A DNA stretch of 64,000 nt from Hypanus sabinus (Eukaryota): the NCBI RefSeq assembly GCF_030144855.1, contig NC_082715.1:109430001-109494000 (forward strand). The letters are read 5' to 3'. The notes below the pieces were generated by a model that was not told the origin of the DNA, searched no databases, and saw only the letters and a list, made by a program, of their open reading frames with translations. Numbering within the stretch: position 1 is the first letter of the stretch; each line of letters opens with the position of its first letter. The position numbers and the translations under genes are program-made. Below, one piece after another: positions 59,093 through 64,000 of this stretch.

Positions 59093-62000
59093 GTACAACA
59101 TATGTACAAATTAACTGTAAGCAGCTTAATAGTGTCAGTGAGAAAGTTAAAGACATTTCATTTTTGGGTAGCTCCCTTCAATGACCTGAGAGCATCCCAG
59201 TAAGTTTACATGAAATGTATTTACAGTTAGCTCCCTGCATTTAACCATGAAGTGCTTATACTGTGATTGACCCAGGCCCTTTCATGCCTTAGGCCATTGC
59301 AACCCCAGCCAGCACTATCCCCAGACTGCTCTTGGCTGAGAATAATACTGCAGGCCTCCAGTAATTCCCAGTGCTGGAATTGGCAGGCTACCAGTAAACA
59401 CCAACTTACAACTGCTTGACTTGTTTATAACAGTACTTTTACAACATTTAAAAGTCAAGAGTATTTTTTTTTCATTTACAGAGCTCTCTGGATCAGCTAT
59501 GAATGATTAATAGATTTATCATTGGGAGATACTGATACAGAAGTCCATGTGAGAAAGAATGGTAGAGTCATACATTAACCCTCAAGTGTTTCTGCCTGTG
59601 CTGGTATCCCGATAATCAACAAAACCAGGGGCAGCAAAGACACTACATTTTGCTTCTATTCCTCACTGGCATTGTCCATTATTCCTCAATGGTAACCCCA
59701 CACCAGCAAAAAAAAGTCCACTGGTTAGTATGTGCGATTCATTTACAGTTTGGAACTTCAGTGGAACAATAGTGAGGAAAAAGGCTAAATGAGTGGTTTG
59801 GGTTGTGTACTTTCAGCTCTTTGACTCTTGTTTATTCTAAACCCACCACCACTATTTCAATAGCTAACCCTTGTCTTAGTGATAATACACACTTTTCTTA
59901 AGTAAGCTGACATATAATTCATTGGCATTTACCAATGCTGTTGTTGAAATGGATATTGGTAATGTGGAAATTTGAAATAAAAACAGTAAATGCTGCAAGC
60001 ATTCAGCAGTTAACTCTTCCCGACTTGAATGGGGAAACAACTTTACTCTTAAGTTTCCTCCACATCAGAAAGTTTAGTCAAGACCATCTCTATCTGTATC
60101 CAGCAGGGATGCTTCCGATGGCAATTAAGGTCAGCAAATCCAGGAATTGCCCTCAATACCAGCCATACATTTCAGCACTAACTGATTAATGGGACTGGTC
60201 CTGATAGAATTTACACCATTAATCAGTCTGAGTGGGCAGAACAGCAAAGCCGGTACTGTTGCTGCACACAAGTTAGTAAACTGTGAAAAAGGCAAGACTA
60301 GAATTTTTCCCTACCGTACAGAAAGGAGGGAGCAGCACTGCAGACTGAACTTGAAATGGTGTCAGGAAAATCTTACACACAGACCAACAGTGGTTAACAT
60401 CTGGAACCAGTTCTTCACTAAAGCAGACCCCAGAATTATATTAAAAACTATATTTGTTGCAGTGAGCTGAAACAGTTTACAAACTGGTGACCAGGGTGGG
60501 AAGAAGTACCTCAATGAATATGTTGCAGTATGGTGGGGGTGAGGAAGATCACAATTTATTTTTGTTAACCACAAAAGTCTGAAGTAAACTTCCATACCAT
60601 ACTCTTCATTGCCATGATACAAAATGGAATCAAACTCCACCCACATTAAGGAATTAAAACGCAAGTATCAGATGCCAGTGCTCGACACATTTTTACAGTA
60701 AAAAATGAACCCCTAAATTAAGCTAGGGACATTGGTACTTAAAGCCTGGACTGGGCAGGATATCACAAATAACTATTTGCAAAAAAATAGCAGTGGCCAG
60801 AACTGCCATCTCCCAGCAGTAACAGTTGCACCACCATTGAACAGAATGACCCAACACAGCTTGCACTGTCCAAGGTTCCATGTATCCAACTTTGGAATGA
60901 TCATACATCAGAGTAGGTCTGTATTGGGAGTTATTTAGAGACTGGATGAGACCAGAGCTTTATTTGTCTCCTAACTCTATTACAACATACAGTACACATG
61001 GACAACATTCAACAAAAGGTGGCTGGACAAGACTATACCTTTATTTTACATTACCAGTCAGTCAATTGAATTAATTGACAATCAGTCTAAGGATTTGAAA
61101 TATATTGCTTCAATTCATAATTAACTTAAATTTGGGTGAGGCAAGCATCATAATATGGGGCGGACTGACAGCTTCCACTGCATAACTGGACTTGGAAGCT
61201 GAGGCAACCTTGTGCCAGGTTCATAAAGAGGTGGGTATATATAAACAGTCCGAGTTCAGCCTAATCATAAAACGATTCCAATTAAAACAAGATTCTTCAA
61301 TTTATACACTCTAATTGAGCTCTCTTGATCCTGAGACACCGACTTTCCCAGGGTCACAACTCCCATCCCCTGGGTAAGTAACTCTCCTACCCAACTAGTT
61401 CAACAGCTCTCCACACTGCTGCCCCTCTCTACCTCCCTTTATACCTACACTTGTCCACCCAATCCATTCAACTCCTTGTGGCAGTGAAACTCAAAGTAGG
61501 AATGCAGGATAAGACACTGAACTCTGTGCCTGGATCATCCAAGTGGGCAGCTGAGGCTGGATATATCATCCAACAATAAATACTACAGAGCATCCCCTGT
61601 ACTGTATCTGCCTCTCCACTCCATGATTATTGAACAAGCTCACCAAAACACCAGCCTCAATTACTCAGTCCAGTCTGCGTCGGCCTGGAACCCACATCTT
61701 GGTGACTTAAGTTGCTTCAAGGATTTTGTATCATTGGGGAGCAGAGCAAAGTCCTCAGTGGATTTTGGGATCAGCATGAATACATTTTTGGTAAAACAAT
61801 GATTTCAGTTAGCATTTTAACATTCTGTACACTGAATGAAAAAACAGCCAAGGTCAGGGATAGAGCCTGTACACTTGGTAGCTGCCAACCCAACACCAGA
61901 AAGATGAGTGTATTTGTTTTCCTAAAGCTAAACATGAGTTACTGTGAAACTATCACTACTTGTGATACAGACTTGTCCAGGGCATGGCTGAGAAAAATAC

Positions 62001-63742
62001 CTTGCTTTTGTTGACCTGGTAAAAAATGCAAAAAAAGACAAACTGCTACTACCCACCATCTCGTCACTATCTGTGGGACTTTGGACTCGGTGAATAGAAG
62101 TGCAAAGGAAAATAATTTTGGATATCCATCCTTGGGCAAGGGATCTGTACAGAAGGGCTCCATACCCCTCTGGCCACAAAACTCCCCAAAAATAAACCAC
62201 AACTCCATTCAGTTTGAGCAGCTGAAACATACACTCCACTTTTATCGTCTACACATGTGAACAGTATTTAGAAAACACCCTCCTAAATACTATTGTGGAT
62301 GAAGTCAACTGCCCTTCTCACTCTTTGTAAAGTACCTGGATTTTCAAAGTTGAACAAGCTTGGGAGCTCAGCACAGACCATGTCTTCTCTGCTTCATGTT
62401 GGGGCTTATAGGTACTTAATGAAATGGTCTTTTCACTCAATACTTTACATGTGTCTGTTAAAAGAACTGGTAATACCAAAGCTATTTTTGTTTAGTTATG
62501 GGATAGGCAGTGCACTATAGCTCCACAGAAACTTGACCTTCACTGTAATGCAGCATGATCCACAAAATCAGGATCGGTCATTAAAAGGTGACATTTAACC
62601 CCCTCCTTCCCATGCTATTCACTCTTGTTAGGGGCTGGTCTAGTCTCGTGACAGTACCATACTGCAGGAAGGAAATTTCTCTCCAACACTGAGCCATTTC
62701 ATATATCCATCATTCACAGAATGTCACATAGTTGTGATTCCACAAAGGTTCAAAACACACGCAACAGGGAAAGCCACAAATGAGAGGAAAATGGACCTAA
62801 ATTCAGGGGTCAAAAAATGTCAGTTTTACAAGTGCAACCACCCACCATTCAGAGAGGCTAATGCCAGATTAGCTGCATCACCTGATGGTGGGGAGGGGAT
62901 GCAAAACGACTAAACTTTAAGTCACTTTTATGCCTGGGCTGAGATTGGACAGAAAACCATCAGCTTTGGCTGTCTCAGGTACTTAGAGGTGATTTGAGGC
63001 TGGTGGGGGAAAGAAAGAAAGACAGGAAAATTGCCTGCTTACTATTCCAGAAAGTGCAGTGTTTGGCAGGGATGGAGTGACACATTCAATGGCTAAGTAA
63101 CTGAACCTCACTCACACCCAGTGCCTAGAGGAAACAAAAGAGAAGAGATTCTAAAAGCACCTGGCCCTGCCAGGCACTCCGTACCCACTGTATAAAACTA
63201 GGCTCATCTGTCACAGTGATTTTAATTGCATGACAACAGCTCCCATCTTTAAGGGTGAACTGGCTACTAAGATCACAAAAAAAACTCAGGTGACCAGCTG
63301 ACTGGTCAGTGAACAGAAAGACCACAGTCACTTGGGACAGTGTAGGCTGGACATTGGTCAGAGCCATTTGACAGAGGACAACGCAGGCCCAAGACTGGAC
63401 AAGTTGATACTCTCTCTCAGTAAGATGCAGTGGCTATGTTCCACTGTCTTCAGGTACTTGGGAGTCTGCAGTCAGCCACAGCTTTCTGAGAACGCCACAA
63501 ATACCCAACTCTCTTCCAGGGCAAACAGAAACACTTCAAGGTAGATACTGGGAGAGCTGTCTAAGACCAGGCAAGAAACAGCAGCAAAGGGGGATAAACA
63601 TAAAAGAAGTTGGTTACAAAAGGGAAGGACACAGCTTTACATAAACACTGATCAACAGTTCATTCTATGCTTTACACGACAGACGGTGTCTGCTCATATC
63701 CTGGTGCCAGGGGATTGTTAGGGGGTGTGCAGTTGCTGCACG

Positions 63743-63880
63743 TCAGAGCGCCTCCTGGTTTGAGCTGAGGAACTCCTCTGGCCGCTTGTGTGCTTCAAGG
63801 GCCTTTATAGTGTACACATCTTGGGGCAGGTCTGACTTCCGGCGTAGCAGGGTCTTCTCCTTCTTCATGTCCTTCTTCAC
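63743..63880 (-). CDS. PPP2R5D: PP2A regulatory subunit B56-delta, last coding exon (gene continues beyond the right edge)
   Basis: [45 protein letters not shown] matches the PPP2R5D C-terminus ([35 protein letters not shown]), including the RRKS PKA site. Acceptor ttacag. Tail-to-tail with MEA1 as in mammals. Confidence 0.95.
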   Translation of the reverse strand: MKKDMKKEKTLLRRKSDLPQDVYTIKALEAHKRPEEFLSSNQEAL

Positions 63881-64000
63881 CTGTAAGAAGAGTTTCATGG
63901 CATCAAACTTAACAAATCAACTGAAATCCTCACATCTGCTCACCACCCTTTACAACTCCTCACCAGCCCCACACTTCTCAAGACTCTCCACCTCCCCCCA

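Overview
Eukaryotic, intron-containing vertebrate DNA, not prokaryotic. The repeat content (abundant CR1 LINEs, Rex1/Babar-like LINEs, V-SINE/HE1-like fragments, Penelope relics) suggests a cartilaginous fish, probably a ray; that is an inference. Four host genes can be assembled by hand with GT/AG junctions and consistent phases: DEGS1 coding exon 1 (-, 5475-5556); complete FBXO28 (-, 5 exons, 49456 to 31835, 353 aa); complete MEA1 (+, 3 coding exons, 53172-58606, about 170 aa); and the last exon of PPP2R5D (-, 63743-63880). PPP2R5D appears to have a long, TE-poor 3'UTR converging on and probably overlapping the MEA1 3' end. The rest is a dense, nested transposon landscape: a full-length but decayed CsRn1-clade Gypsy element (two LTRs, tRNA-Trp PBS, ATAT TSD); a 5'-truncated Penelope-like element with GIY-YIG and a hammerhead-ribozyme core; several tiny non-coding relatives with long TSDs; a hAT MITE carrying a solo LTR inside a CR1; an RTE-like non-autonomous element; and three minisatellites. 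I see no convincing wholly novel system. The best leads are the hammerhead-bearing short-element family, the probable MEA1/PPP2R5D 3' overlap, and the FBXO28-MEA1 synteny junction with clustered CTCF-like motifs. Most short ORFs in the supplied track are TE fragments or noise. Boundaries of degraded LINE/SINE fragments are approximate.
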